Made by a program: the position numbers and the translations under genes | Notes under the pieces: generated by a model | Databases searched by the model: none | The model's input: the letters and a program-made list of their open reading frames with translations, nothing else | Told to the model about the DNA's origin: nothing | IMG/VR virus record: IMGVR_UViG_2974556029_000001 | Location: 16,298-80,297 of that record | Reading direction: 5' to 3' (one strand) | DNA: 64,000 bases | Origin: a virus | Lineage: Duplodnaviria; Caudoviricetes | Shown: positions 19,361 through 27,896 of the stretch, in pieces | Position numbering within the stretch: the first letter of the stretch is position 1 | Layout: each line of letters starts with the position of its first letter

Positions 19361-19714
19361 ATGACTATCGCCCCAGCAACAAAGGGGGCGATCATGGCTT
19401 CAGCCGCAAAATTCATGATGTCGATGCTGACCGGGCCGGACGGCGAGAGCGTTGCGCCTGGTCGCGTCATGGCCTGCATCCTGTTCATCGTCGGCCAGTT
19501 CGTCACGATCTACGTCGTCTTCAAGCTCGGTCCGAAGGCGATCGTCTCCGACTGGGCCCTGGCGCTGCAGTCGCTCGCTCTCTGGGAGGGCGCTATCTGC
19601 GGCGGCGCGACGGGACTGATCCTGGGCACCGCGCCCACCGACGCCGGCGGCAAGTGGTGGGGCAAGGACGCCAGCCCTCCTCCGCCGCCCGTACCCCCGG
19701 TGAAGGAGGTCTGA
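19361..19714 (+). CDS. Holin-like membrane protein 3
   Basis: Two hydrophobic segments; immediately before the endolysin; exact start uncertain. Confidence 0.45.
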   Translation: MTIAPATKGAIMASAAKFMMSMLTGPDGESVAPGRVMACILFIVGQFVTIYVVFKLGPKAIVSDWALALQSLALWEGAICGGATGLILGTAPTDAGGKWWGKDASPPPPPVPPVKEV

Positions 19715-19740
19715 TCCTTCACCTCTTCTAGGAGCCCCAC

Positions 19741-20457
19741 ATGAGCGAAAGACAGATGCAGCAGAACCTCAAGGACAGGGGTCTGTATACCGGCGTGATC
19801 GACGGCGACGTCGGACCCGCATCCCTCCAGGGCCTGGCCGAGTACGTGACCGACGGCGCTGCGCCAGACGACATTGGCCGTCAGTTGGCCAAGTGGTTAC
19901 CGATCGGGAACATCGAAGGCCGAACCCTGGTCACCGCCTTCCTGGCGCACGCCGCCACCGAGAGCAAGCTCAGACCTATCGCCGAGAACCTGAACTACTC
20001 GGTCGACGGCCTGATCGAAAGCTTCGGCCGGCACCGGATCTCCATCGCCGAGGCCCAGAAGTATGGCCGCGCCCCCGGCCGCCCGGCGAACCAGGAGATG
20101 ATCGCCAACATCGTCTACGGCGGCGAGTGGGGCCGGAAGAACCTGGGGAACACGCAGCCGGGCGACGGCTGGGAGCGCCGCGGCATGGGCATCATCCAGA
20201 ACACTGGTCGCGCCGCCCAGCGCGAGGCCGGCAAGCGGGTCGGGATGGACTTCGAAGCCAGGCCCGAGTTGCTGCTCACCTTGGAAGGCGCTGTCGCCGG
20301 CGCGGTGGGCTTCTGGATCTGGAAGGGCCTGAACGCCATCTGCATGCAGCCCGGCGACACGACAGAGGCCGAGACGCGCGCCATCAACGGCGGCTTCAAT
20401 GGGCTGGAGGAGCGGCGTCGCAACAAGACCCGTCTCCGCCAGATCTGGCCGTACTGA
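19741..20457 (+). CDS. Endolysin, glycoside hydrolase family 19 with N-terminal PG-binding domain
   Basis: L...G.Y.G.IDG..G..S PG-binding motif; FLAHAATES, ENLNYS, GDGW..RG.G.IQ.TGR GH19 motifs. Confidence 0.88.
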   Translation: MSERQMQQNLKDRGLYTGVIDGDVGPASLQGLAEYVTDGAAPDDIGRQLAKWLPIGNIEGRTLVTAFLAHAATESKLRPIAENLNYSVDGLIESFGRHRISIAEAQKYGRAPGRPANQEMIANIVYGGEWGRKNLGNTQPGDGWERRGMGIIQNTGRAAQREAGKRVGMDFEARPELLLTLEGAVAGAVGFWIWKGLNAICMQPGDTTEAETRAINGGFNGLEERRRNKTRLRQIWPY

Positions 20458-20936
20458 TGTTCGGGATCAAGACCATCGCCACCGGCCTGGCCGTTGGCGC
20501 TCTGCTGGGGGGCGGCGGGACGCTGGCCCTGGGCGGAGGAGCTCTCGCGATCTGGAACAAGACGCCTTTCTCGGCGACCCAGAAGCTCAAGAGCACCCGT
20601 GAGGACCTGGTGAAGGTCAAGGCAGATCTGGAGATCGCCCTGCAGGTTGCGGAGGATCGTCGGATCGCTATCGAGGCCAGAGACAAGCAGGCCCTCGAGG
20701 TTGCCAAGGCAGACGCCGGCGACGCATCAACAACCGCGGCTGCATGGGGCGCTCAGTGCTCCGCCGCTTTCAACGCCGGCGTCTCTGCCGGCCGGAGGAT
20801 CTGCAATGCCTCGAGTCCTAATTCTGGCTCTGGCCAGCCTGCTGCTGGTGGGGTGCTCCCATCTTTCCGTTCCGAGTTTGAGGCTGAGCGCTACACCCCC
20901 GCCGCCAGTCGTGTGCCCGGCGCTGGTCAACGCTGA
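20457..20936 (+). CDS. Inner-membrane spanin (Rz-like)
   Basis: Start at ATG 20457; N-terminal TM segment then coiled coil; after the endolysin. Confidence 0.7.
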   Translation: MFGIKTIATGLAVGALLGGGGTLALGGGALAIWNKTPFSATQKLKSTREDLVKVKADLEIALQVAEDRRIAIEARDKQALEVAKADAGDASTTAAAWGAQCSAAFNAGVSAGRRICNASSPNSGSGQPAAGGVLPSFRSEFEAERYTPAASRVPGAGQR

Positions 20937-21153
20937 GCCCCAGGCCGAGCCTCCTCCTCCGGACGGCTTCAACCAGGATCAGCTCGCTAAGGCGTTCTTC
21001 GACGCCTTCGGTCAGGACCTGGGCCTGGCCGTCTGGAAGTGGTTCCGCGCCGACTGGCCTGCCTGGGCTCGCATGGAGGCGCGCGCCCACGAGTCGGCCT
21101 ATGAGTTCTGCAAGGATCCGACGCGGGTTGGAAAGACGGCCAAGAAGCAGTAG
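20806..21153 (+). CDS. Outer-membrane lipoprotein spanin (Rz1-like)
   Basis: MPRVLILALASLLLVGC lipobox, Pro-rich, overlaps the Rz 3' end in another frame. Confidence 0.75.
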   Translation: MPRVLILALASLLLVGCSHLSVPSLRLSATPPPPVVCPALVNAEPQAEPPPPDGFNQDQLAKAFFDAFGQDLGLAVWKWFRADWPAWARMEARAHESAYEFCKDPTRVGKTAKKQ

Positions 21154-21202
21154 TATCGCTTCAACGCCACGTTCCCCACCAGGTGATGCGGCAAACTGCG
21201 CA

Positions 21203-21241
21203 GCCCTCGGACCTTAGCTGGTCCGGGGGCGTTTCTTTTTT
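21203..21241 (+). terminator. Intrinsic terminator after lysis genes
   Basis: GCCCTCGGACC/GGTCCGGGGGC stem followed by GTTTCTTTTTT. Confidence 0.75.
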
Positions 21242-21305
21242 CAGCGCAACAGGGCAATCTGCGCACGCCGCGGCCAGCAGGCCGTTACATCAAGAGGAGG
21301 CCAAG

Positions 21306-21680
21306 ATGGCCAAGGTGCAACTCTCCCTGGCGGCCGCCGCGCTGGCCAGCCTGAAATGCTTCGCCTACGACAAGGCTTCCGGCCGCGAAGAGGAAGACGT
21401 CCTCACGATCGATCCCGGCGCCACCGAAGGCTTCGATCTCGAAAGCGACAAGTTCAACTATTCGGCCGCGCCGATCGGCGACGAGAACCCCAAGAAGGAA
21501 GGCAACGAGGCGGTCGTGACCGTCGAGGCCGACGAAGACAACGAGAAGGCCGTCGTCCTGAAGATCCGCGGCCCGGCCGGCGTGGCCCAGGAGTTCACCC
21601 TGAAGGGCGGCGACAAGCGCATCTTCAGCCTGTACGAGGGCCAGGTCCTCGACATGTCGGAAGGCGCGAGCATCGTCTGA
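21306..21680 (+). CDS. Acidic hypothetical protein (124 aa)
   Basis: GAGGAGG SD; codon style matches highly expressed genes; flanked by two terminators. Confidence 0.7.
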   Translation: MAKVQLSLAAAALASLKCFAYDKASGREEEDVLTIDPGATEGFDLESDKFNYSAAPIGDENPKKEGNEAVVTVEADEDNEKAVVLKIRGPAGVAQEFTLKGGDKRIFSLYEGQVLDMSEGASIV

Positions 21681-21705
21681 TCTGGCCTAGGTCGCAGAAA
21701 CAGGA

Positions 21706-21740
21706 AGGCCCCGGGGATTTCTCCTCGGGGCCTTTTTTTT
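21706..21740. terminator. Intrinsic terminator at the convergence of late and recombination arms
   Basis: AGGCCCCG...CGGGGCCT stem followed by a long T tract. Confidence 0.85.
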
Positions 21741-21793
21741 GTGATCCCGCTCGGCGCGGGCAGTTGCCTGCGTGAGGCGGGGGCCGGCGGCCC

Positions 21794-21946
21794 CTAGAGT
21801 TTTATGAGGTTCCGGCGACTGGGCGGCCTGTTGGCCAGGTCGATCGGCGGACGTTTCTTCCGCAAGCGCTCGGACAAGGCCAGCCCGCCGGCGACGAAGA
21901 GCGCCAAGCCTATGAGCCAAAGCAATGCCGTGGTCGGGACGTCCAT
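21794..21946 (-). CDS. Small single-TM protein (50 aa)
   Basis: [24 protein letters not shown].. followed by a basic tail; AAGGAG SD. Confidence 0.55.
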   Translation of the reverse strand: MDVPTTALLWLIGLALFVAGGLALSERLRKKRPPIDLANRPPSRRNLIKL

Positions 21947-21977
21947 GGTTCGTCTCCTTCTGGTACCTGGTCGAAGT

Positions 21978-22580
21978 CTAGTCCGGATAGGCGACGTCGC
22001 CCAGCCGTCTGATCCGCGGGTCGAAATGCAGGAAGGGCGCGTCGTCGGGGATGCGGTGGACGCCGCGCGCCATCGGATGCTTCGGGGTGCCGCCGGACGT
22101 GACGCCCAGGACATAGAAGGGCCGCGCGCCGCCGCGGAGGGCGTCCAGCATCCAATTCACGTGGATCCCGAACGTCAGGGCCACCTCGCCATAGGCCAGG
22201 ACCCAGGCGTCGACCTTGGGCGCCAGGGCGATCATCATGTCGACGTTCGCCTTCAGCATCTCCTTGGCGCTCGAGTCCTTTATCAGGCCGACGTTCTTGC
22301 ACCATTCTCGGCACTCGGCGGCGTCGGCGGCGACGTAGGGCACCGAGTTGACGATGACGAAGCCGCCCCAGCGTCCGCTGCGCGCCGTGAACCACCAGAC
22401 CCGGTTGAAGGTCATGTCGTTGCTGTCCTCGCCGGCCCAGGACGGATTGGCCATGGCCCAGCCCAAGATCGGCTTGTTCACGTCCCAGATGACGCTGAGG
22501 GTCAGGCGCCCCTTGCGGTCGTTGGTGAAGACCGCCTTGCGGACCGCGTCGCGCTTCGACGCTTCGAAAGCCGCGGTCAA
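21978..22580 (-). CDS. DUF1643 family protein
   Basis: W...P......ANPS.A....ND.T..R....W.G....N and V.AWG-like and G.PKHP motifs. Confidence 0.75.
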   Translation of the reverse strand: MTAAFEASKRDAVRKAVFTNDRKGRLTLSVIWDVNKPILGWAMANPSWAGEDSNDMTFNRVWWFTARSGRWGGFVIVNSVPYVAADAAECREWCKNVGLIKDSSAKEMLKANVDMMIALAPKVDAWVLAYGEVALTFGIHVNWMLDALRGGARPFYVLGVTSGGTPKHPMARGVHRIPDDAPFLHFDPRIRRLGDVAYPD

Positions 22581-23089
22581 TCCTCGTCCTCCTCACCGTC
22601 GGCCGCTTCGGAGGTCCACGCCTTCTGCAGGGCTTCCGCCTCGGTCAAGACGCGCAGGATCTCCTCAGGCGGCATGAGGTCGGTGGCCTCGCTGACGATC
22701 AGCGCGGGCCCGCCCTCGGGCATTTCTTCGCCTTCCTCGAGGGTGACGGCCTCTGGGTCGACTGGGATGCGACCGCCGGGTTTCAGGTGTTCCGGGTTGT
22801 CCGTCACGCAGGCGGCATGAACCTCGCCCACGTCTTCGTATCGGACCACCAGCTGGCCGACTTTCACATGCTGGCCGCAAGGTTCGCAGCGGCCCAGGAA
22901 GACGTCGCCGTCGATGGCGTCGCGCAGGCTACCCACCAGCGGGTTGAGGCGGGCGACCATAAGCGCGGCGATATCGTCCGGCGTCTTGGAGTTGCCGATC
23001 TCGCGCATGACGCCCTGGATCATCAGCGCGGCCGTGCTGCGCCAGTAGTGGATCTCGGCCTCAAGGGCCTCGTGGTCTCTGTCATCCAT
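22577..23089 (-). CDS. Hypothetical protein
   Basis: Fits the operon with overlaps; contains CEPC..H. Confidence 0.6.
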   Translation of the reverse strand: MDDRDHEALEAEIHYWRSTAALMIQGVMREIGNSKTPDDIAALMVARLNPLVGSLRDAIDGDVFLGRCEPCGQHVKVGQLVVRYEDVGEVHAACVTDNPEHLKPGGRIPVDPEAVTLEEGEEMPEGGPALIVSEATDLMPPEEILRVLTEAEALQKAWTSEAADGEEDED

Positions 23090-23432
23090 GGGCTTCTCCT
23101 TTCGGGTTTGCGAGGCGCAGGAGCACCTCGACGTGGCAGTCTGGGTCGTCTTCGCGGCAGAAGCATCCCAGGTCCTTGCCTGGCAACTCCTCGCAGATCC
23201 GACGGTACAGGGTGGGGTTGTCGCGCAGCACGTGCGTCTCGAACGAGCGCACGACGTCGGCCTTGACCTGAGGGCGGCTGGACCACTTGCCGGCGACCAG
23301 GTTGGTCACCGTGATGCCGGCCTTGGGGTCGTAGACGAAGGGGTTTCCGAACGGTCCTGGTCGGGTGCAGCGAACAGAGTTGGGCGGCATGCGCCAGCCC
23401 TTCACCCGCTTTATCTGAAATCGTTTCGGCAT
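23082..23432 (-). CDS. DUF4326-like protein
   Basis: RP..FGNPF and L.GKDLGCFC....CH..VL motifs. Confidence 0.7.
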   Translation of the reverse strand: MPKRFQIKRVKGWRMPPNSVRCTRPGPFGNPFVYDPKAGITVTNLVAGKWSSRPQVKADVVRSFETHVLRDNPTLYRRICEELPGKDLGCFCREDDPDCHVEVLLRLANPKGEAHG

Positions 23433-23668
23433 AGGTCACCTGTGAAAATCAGAGGGCGGCCGTTCACCAGGGCGACGTCCATGTGCTGGAAGTCCAGGAC
23501 CCGGTGCACGTGGTTGAAGGCCTGCTCGTCGGTGCGCAGGATGACGGCCCACCAGATCTCCTGGACGACCTGGCGCGGCAGGCGGGCGAAATAGCTGCGG
23601 ATCCTGGTGAAGGAGAAGCCCTGTTCCTTCATGCGGCGCACGGTGCGGATGTTGTCCATCGTGATCAT
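23411..23668 (-). CDS. Hypothetical protein (85 aa)
   Basis: Start re-called at MITMDNI; fits operon spacing. Confidence 0.45.
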   Translation of the reverse strand: MITMDNIRTVRRMKEQGFSFTRIRSYFARLPRQVVQEIWWAVILRTDEQAFNHVHRVLDFQHMDVALVNGRPLIFTGDLCRNDFR

Positions 23669-23670
23669 GG

Positions 23671-23937
23671 CTAGATCCCTGCGGCTCGATGCGTGGCCTG
23701 CTCGACGATCATGCGCCAAAGCAGATCTTCGAAGATCCAGCGCGATGGCGATTGCCCGGCGCCGGACTTGATGAAGGCGCGCCGGATCTCGCGACGTAGC
23801 CGCTTGAGAGACTTGTCGACCAGGCGGTAGTGCTTCGGGCAGATGATCTCGACGCCCGGCGGATAGCAGGTCGCGCCGCACTTGCAGCCGAACACGACGC
23901 AGGGGATGCGCGGATAGCGCCCGCTGACCCGGGTCAC
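23671..23937 (-). CDS. Cys-rich hypothetical protein
   Basis: PC...GC....IC.KH..LV zinc-binding-like motif. Confidence 0.55.
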   Translation of the reverse strand: MTRVSGRYPRIPCVVFGCKCGATCYPPGVEIICPKHYRLVDKSLKRLRREIRRAFIKSGAGQSPSRWIFEDLLWRMIVEQATHRAAGI

Positions 23938-24737
23938 GCCGCTTCTCCGGCGCGCATCTCCTTCATGCGTTCGCGCGCCGCCGCGTCGCAGATCCTGTTG
24001 ACGTAGCTGCGCGGGTCGCTCTTGCCCGTGTGGGCCTTCACGTGGCGCAGCAGGAGGACCAGGTTCATCTCGAGCACCAGGCTGCAGACTGAGTCCAGGA
24101 CGCCCTTGTACTGCTCGACGACGGGCTGTTGTCGCCGGCGCGCGGCCGCGTTGGACTTGTGCGGAAAGCTGGAATAGCCGACCGGGAGACCGCCGGGCGC
24201 GGGGCTGCTCTTCGACCCCGGGACATGCGTCCGGATCTTGGCCAAGGCATTGATGCAGTCGCTCTGCACCATGACCTTCGCGCCCTTCTTGATGATGCCC
24301 TTGCGCCGGGCCTGAAACAGGGCATTGGCGATCGCCATGGCCTCGGCGATCTCAGCGCTGAGCGGACCGCTCTTGATCTGCCCCGAGATCAGCTCGCCCG
24401 CGCCGCCGCCAGTCTTGCACCATGCCGCATATCCAGCGGACCGATCCCGGTGGTCGTAGGAGGCGTCAGTGAAGATCGTCACCATGTCGGCCGTCTCTTC
24501 GGCGTGCTCCTCGCGCAGGGCCTTGAGCAGGCCCTCCATGCCCGTGCCGCCGATACGCGAGCCTTGGCGCATCCAGCGCCCCGTGGTGGGCCAGACATCG
24601 ACCACCAAGCCATGGACGCCCACCATGCGATAGTGAACGCCATTCGGGTTCAGCTTCTGCGCCCCGATATTCTCGTTGCGCCATGCGGCCAGGCTCGCCT
24701 CGAACTCGGCCAGACGTCTGATCTGCGCCGGCCTCAC
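23934..24737 (-). CDS. Ribonuclease H domain protein
   Basis: IFTDAS, AE..A, QSDC..A, RHVKAH.G...R..VN..CD.AA: RNase HI catalytic pattern. Confidence 0.8.
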   Translation of the reverse strand: MRPAQIRRLAEFEASLAAWRNENIGAQKLNPNGVHYRMVGVHGLVVDVWPTTGRWMRQGSRIGGTGMEGLLKALREEHAEETADMVTIFTDASYDHRDRSAGYAAWCKTGGGAGELISGQIKSGPLSAEIAEAMAIANALFQARRKGIIKKGAKVMVQSDCINALAKIRTHVPGSKSSPAPGGLPVGYSSFPHKSNAAARRRQQPVVEQYKGVLDSVCSLVLEMNLVLLLRHVKAHTGKSDPRSYVNRICDAAARERMKEMRAGEAA

Positions 24738-25006
24738 GCTTCACCCTCCCAGAGAGCCTGAGTCCAGCGCTGGCTGTAACGGTCTAGAGCCACGACCTGG
24801 CTCTTTGGACCCTTGACCACCAGGATGCCCTTGTGGGCCCGCCCGGCGCCAGAAAGCTTCGGATCGAAGACGACGATCCCCTCAGCCGCCCATGCGTCCC
24901 AGGCCGCCAGATCGTCTTCATCGAGCTCGATGGTGCTCGTTTGCAGGCCGGTCTTCAGAGCCAGGGCACGGGCCGCCAGATCTATGGCGCGTTCTATATC
25001 GCTCAT
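24734..25006 (-). CDS. Hypothetical protein
   Basis: Operon overlaps, GGAG SD. Confidence 0.5.
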   Translation of the reverse strand: MSDIERAIDLAARALALKTGLQTSTIELDEDDLAAWDAWAAEGIVVFDPKLSGAGRAHKGILVVKGPKSQVVALDRYSQRWTQALWEGEA

Positions 25007-25347
25007 GAGCGTATGCTCCTGTGAAGCACCAGGCCGGCATCGGCGACCATCGACATCGCGCCGATAGTTCGCCTGTGGATCGGCGTCACCGCGACGGTGA
25101 TCCCCAAGAGCCAGACGCCGGCGATCGTGCGAACCAGGTCGATGATGCCCATCTTGGGCAGGCGGCTCGTGTCGGCGCGCTGACCGGCCTCCAGGGCGAG
25201 AAGGCGCTCGAGCATCTCCAACTCGGCGATCAGGCCGGTGGCCTCGAGTCGGAGCTCGCGTTCGTCGTCGGCGTCCAGGGCGGCCGCCAGCGACTTGCGC
25301 ATGCCCGGAACCAGGTTCAGGGCGGAGGTGAGATAGGGCGTGTTCAT
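25003..25347 (-). CDS. Hypothetical protein with C-terminal hydrophobic segment
   Basis: Start re-called at MNTPYL (ATGA overlap). Confidence 0.5.
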   Translation of the reverse strand: MNTPYLTSALNLVPGMRKSLAAALDADDERELRLEATGLIAELEMLERLLALEAGQRADTSRLPKMGIIDLVRTIAGVWLLGITVAVTPIHRRTIGAMSMVADAGLVLHRSIRS

Positions 25348-26075
25348 CTGCGACCGGCTCCTCTGCGATCCATCTCCTGGCGACAGTTCCATTTCGTGTC
25401 GTCGTCCAGGTCCGACTTGAAGACGATCCAGGATAGGTAGTCGTAGGGGACCTCGGCCAGCTTCTGGCCCTTGTGCTTGCCGAAGTTGAAGACGGACAGC
25501 AGCGGAGGCTCGGTGGTCCACTGGAGCATCTCGGCGACCGTGGCGTGTTGCAGAAGCGCCGACAGGATGTGGGCGGTCACGTAGGCGTCCGGCGCCGCGC
25601 GGTGCGGTGGCATGCCCTCCTCGCCGAGCGGATCGAAGAAGCCGTCAGCCTCGAACAGGTAGCGCAGGAAGCTGTTGTTGTGCTTCCGCAGCGTCGGGTG
25701 CGTCCGGCGCGCCACCTTGAAGGTGCAGATCCATGGGATCTCGCGACAGATATCGGGCGTGAGCCATTGCTGCTCGAACTGCGCGTGGTGCGCCACCAGG
25801 TAGTTCGGCGGCCGCCCGTCGATCATCAAGAAGTCGCGGATATGGTGAGTATCGCACACCGGCTTGCCGGAGAGTTCGGCGTCCGTGATGTGGTGGACGG
25901 CGCGCGCTTCGATCTTGTTGCCGCGCGGCGGGGAGAAAAGGGCGGAGCGCTTGGGCGTGATGAAGACGTCTCCGTCGTCGGCCAGCTGCAGGTCGCACCA
26001 GCCGATCTCGATGATGTCGCCGTCCGCCGGCGTCTCGTCGGTCGTTTCAAGATCGACGACGCGGAAAACTCTCAT
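25344..26075 (-). CDS. DEDDh 3'-5' exonuclease (exodeoxyribonuclease X-like)
   Basis: VVDLETT, VAHHAQFE, PHRAAPDA, C-terminal FGKHKG...EVP.DYL.W. Confidence 0.85.
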   Translation of the reverse strand: MRVFRVVDLETTDETPADGDIIEIGWCDLQLADDGDVFITPKRSALFSPPRGNKIEARAVHHITDAELSGKPVCDTHHIRDFLMIDGRPPNYLVAHHAQFEQQWLTPDICREIPWICTFKVARRTHPTLRKHNNSFLRYLFEADGFFDPLGEEGMPPHRAAPDAYVTAHILSALLQHATVAEMLQWTTEPPLLSVFNFGKHKGQKLAEVPYDYLSWIVFKSDLDDDTKWNCRQEMDRRGAGRR

Positions 26076-26470
26076 GAGCAGATCCTCTTCCTGACGGCCT
26101 CGGCGGAGATCTTCATGATCACCGGGAGGCCAGATTGTCCCGCCAGGTAGGCGGCGTTCAGCTCGCGACACAGGCGGGCCGGGTTGATGGTCAGGGCGCC
26201 CCAGAACTCCCACTCGCCGACCTTGTGCTGCGAGGTCTTGGAGTAGAGGTGGTGGTCCGGGCAGAGCGGCGTGGTGCGCCAGTCGTGCGGCTTCTCGGAC
26301 TTCCCCGTGATCGACAGGCCCTCCTCGGCCCAGGCCATGCGTAGGTGGGCGACGTGGACGCGCCGGTTGATCACGCCGTTTATCGCGCAGGCGATGCACG
26401 GAAGGCCGGCGATCCAGCCCTTGTAATCGCCGTCGACCTCGCGCGGCTGGCGCTGTCGCAGATCAGCCAT
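26072..26470 (-). CDS. DUF968/Ref-like HNH-type nuclease
   Basis: LPC.AC......AH........K..D..T.PLC..HH. Confidence 0.65.
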   Translation of the reverse strand: MADLRQRQPREVDGDYKGWIAGLPCIACAINGVINRRVHVAHLRMAWAEEGLSITGKSEKPHDWRTTPLCPDHHLYSKTSQHKVGEWEFWGALTINPARLCRELNAAYLAGQSGLPVIMKISAEAVRKRICS

Positions 26471-27851
26471 CGCTCGGCCTGAAGTCGGCGAGCATGGAAG
26501 TCGCGCCGCGGAGCTGAAGGTTGTGGGCCGCGTTCAGAACCGCCTGGACTCCGGGAAGGCGCATCTGGACGGCCTGCTCCACCATGGGCAGGTTCTCCTT
26601 CCAGAAGTTCAGGACGTCGACCCGCTTGGGGTTGTCGAGGTGGTTCAGCATGATGCTCGACCACTGGTCAGGCGCGCAGCTGTCCTCCTTGCGCTTGACC
26701 ATGATCGTCATGGTCCTGGACTTCCAGCCGGCGGACAGATCTTCGTAGAGCATCTCCATGCGCGCCTTGTCCTCCGGCGCCAGATCCGACCAGCCGTAAT
26801 CGACCCCGCGCAGGACCTGGTAGGCGGCGTCGAGCTCTTGCTGGTTGGGAGCGCTGCGCATCAGGCGCTCCATGGCTTCGGTCGGGTGAGGATCTTCATG
26901 GGCCTCGACGTCGACAGCCGTGCCCACGATGTGGTCGACCAGATGGTCGTCCTGGTGGTGCTCCAAGGCCTGCGCCGGCGTGTAGTCGTCGTCGCCGAAC
27001 AGGGCGCTGTCCGGAATGGCTTTCGCGCCGCTCTCCTCCTCAGGGTGAGGAAGGTAGGACTTGTCGTCGATCTCCAGGAGCGTTTCCAGTTCGACCGACT
27101 GGGGCAAGAACTTGATCAGGCGGCGCAGGGGGGCCTTGCGCGCCATTTCCCCGGGCCAGTCCTTCCCCGGCCCGTTGGTGGCCTTGTTGACCGCCGCGAC
27201 CTTCTTCAGCTCCTTCGCGCCCATCATCTCGACCCAGGGCGTACCGCCGCCTGTCGGGTGGGCGTGGGCGAAGGCGCCGACGATCTTTCGGCCATCGTCA
27301 CGGTCGAGCGGCGGGCGGAAACGAACGAAGGGGTTCGAACCCAGGTCGTAGTCCAGATATTCGATCGTGTCCTCGCCCTCGTAGATCACCTGCGAGTGGA
27401 CGTTTTCGACCTGGCCGGCTCGATAGATCACGTCCAGGAAGCCCTGGTACATGATGATCAGGGTGGCGACCTTCGTGTTGTTGTTGCGGTCCTTGAACGG
27501 CACGATCGCGGCACGCTTTCCGTCGGGGAGCAGGCCGACCCTGGCGCAGTCCATCACCGCTTCCAGGAACGATGCGCCGGTGCAGTTCACCAGGTCCGGA
27601 CAGCGGATGAAGGCGCGCCTGCAGCCGGCCAGGAACAGGTCCTCGGGGACGCGCGACTGCTGGAGGAACGGGCGGATGTCGGCCATGCGGGCCTCGATCG
27701 CCTGCAGCATGGCGTCGATACGATCGCGCTGCTGCTGCGCTGGGCTCTTCCTCTCCAGGCCCGTGTTGGGAATGTTCGCCGGCAACTGGGCGGCCGACGG
27801 GTCTTTCATGGGGGCGGGCCGCGCCTTGGTCTTCGTCTTAGTCGTGGTCAT
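26463..27851 (-). CDS. recT: RecT-family single-strand annealing recombinase with C-terminal extension
   Basis: GLLPDG...IVPF, YQG....YRAG, EMARKAPLRRLIKFLPQS. Confidence 0.88.
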   Translation of the reverse strand: MTTTKTKTKARPAPMKDPSAAQLPANIPNTGLERKSPAQQQRDRIDAMLQAIEARMADIRPFLQQSRVPEDLFLAGCRRAFIRCPDLVNCTGASFLEAVMDCARVGLLPDGKRAAIVPFKDRNNNTKVATLIIMYQGFLDVIYRAGQVENVHSQVIYEGEDTIEYLDYDLGSNPFVRFRPPLDRDDGRKIVGAFAHAHPTGGGTPWVEMMGAKELKKVAAVNKATNGPGKDWPGEMARKAPLRRLIKFLPQSVELETLLEIDDKSYLPHPEEESGAKAIPDSALFGDDDYTPAQALEHHQDDHLVDHIVGTAVDVEAHEDPHPTEAMERLMRSAPNQQELDAAYQVLRGVDYGWSDLAPEDKARMEMLYEDLSAGWKSRTMTIMVKRKEDSCAPDQWSSIMLNHLDNPKRVDVLNFWKENLPMVEQAVQMRLPGVQAVLNAAHNLQLRGATSMLADFRPSDG

Positions 27852-27896
27852 GGTGGTCTCTCGATTGAAGGAAGGGAAAGGCGCGGCCGCGGCGTC

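Noticed and set aside
27330-27343. GGGGTTCGAACCC, T-loop-like
   Set aside because: Lies inside recT coding sequence with no flanking cloverleaf.
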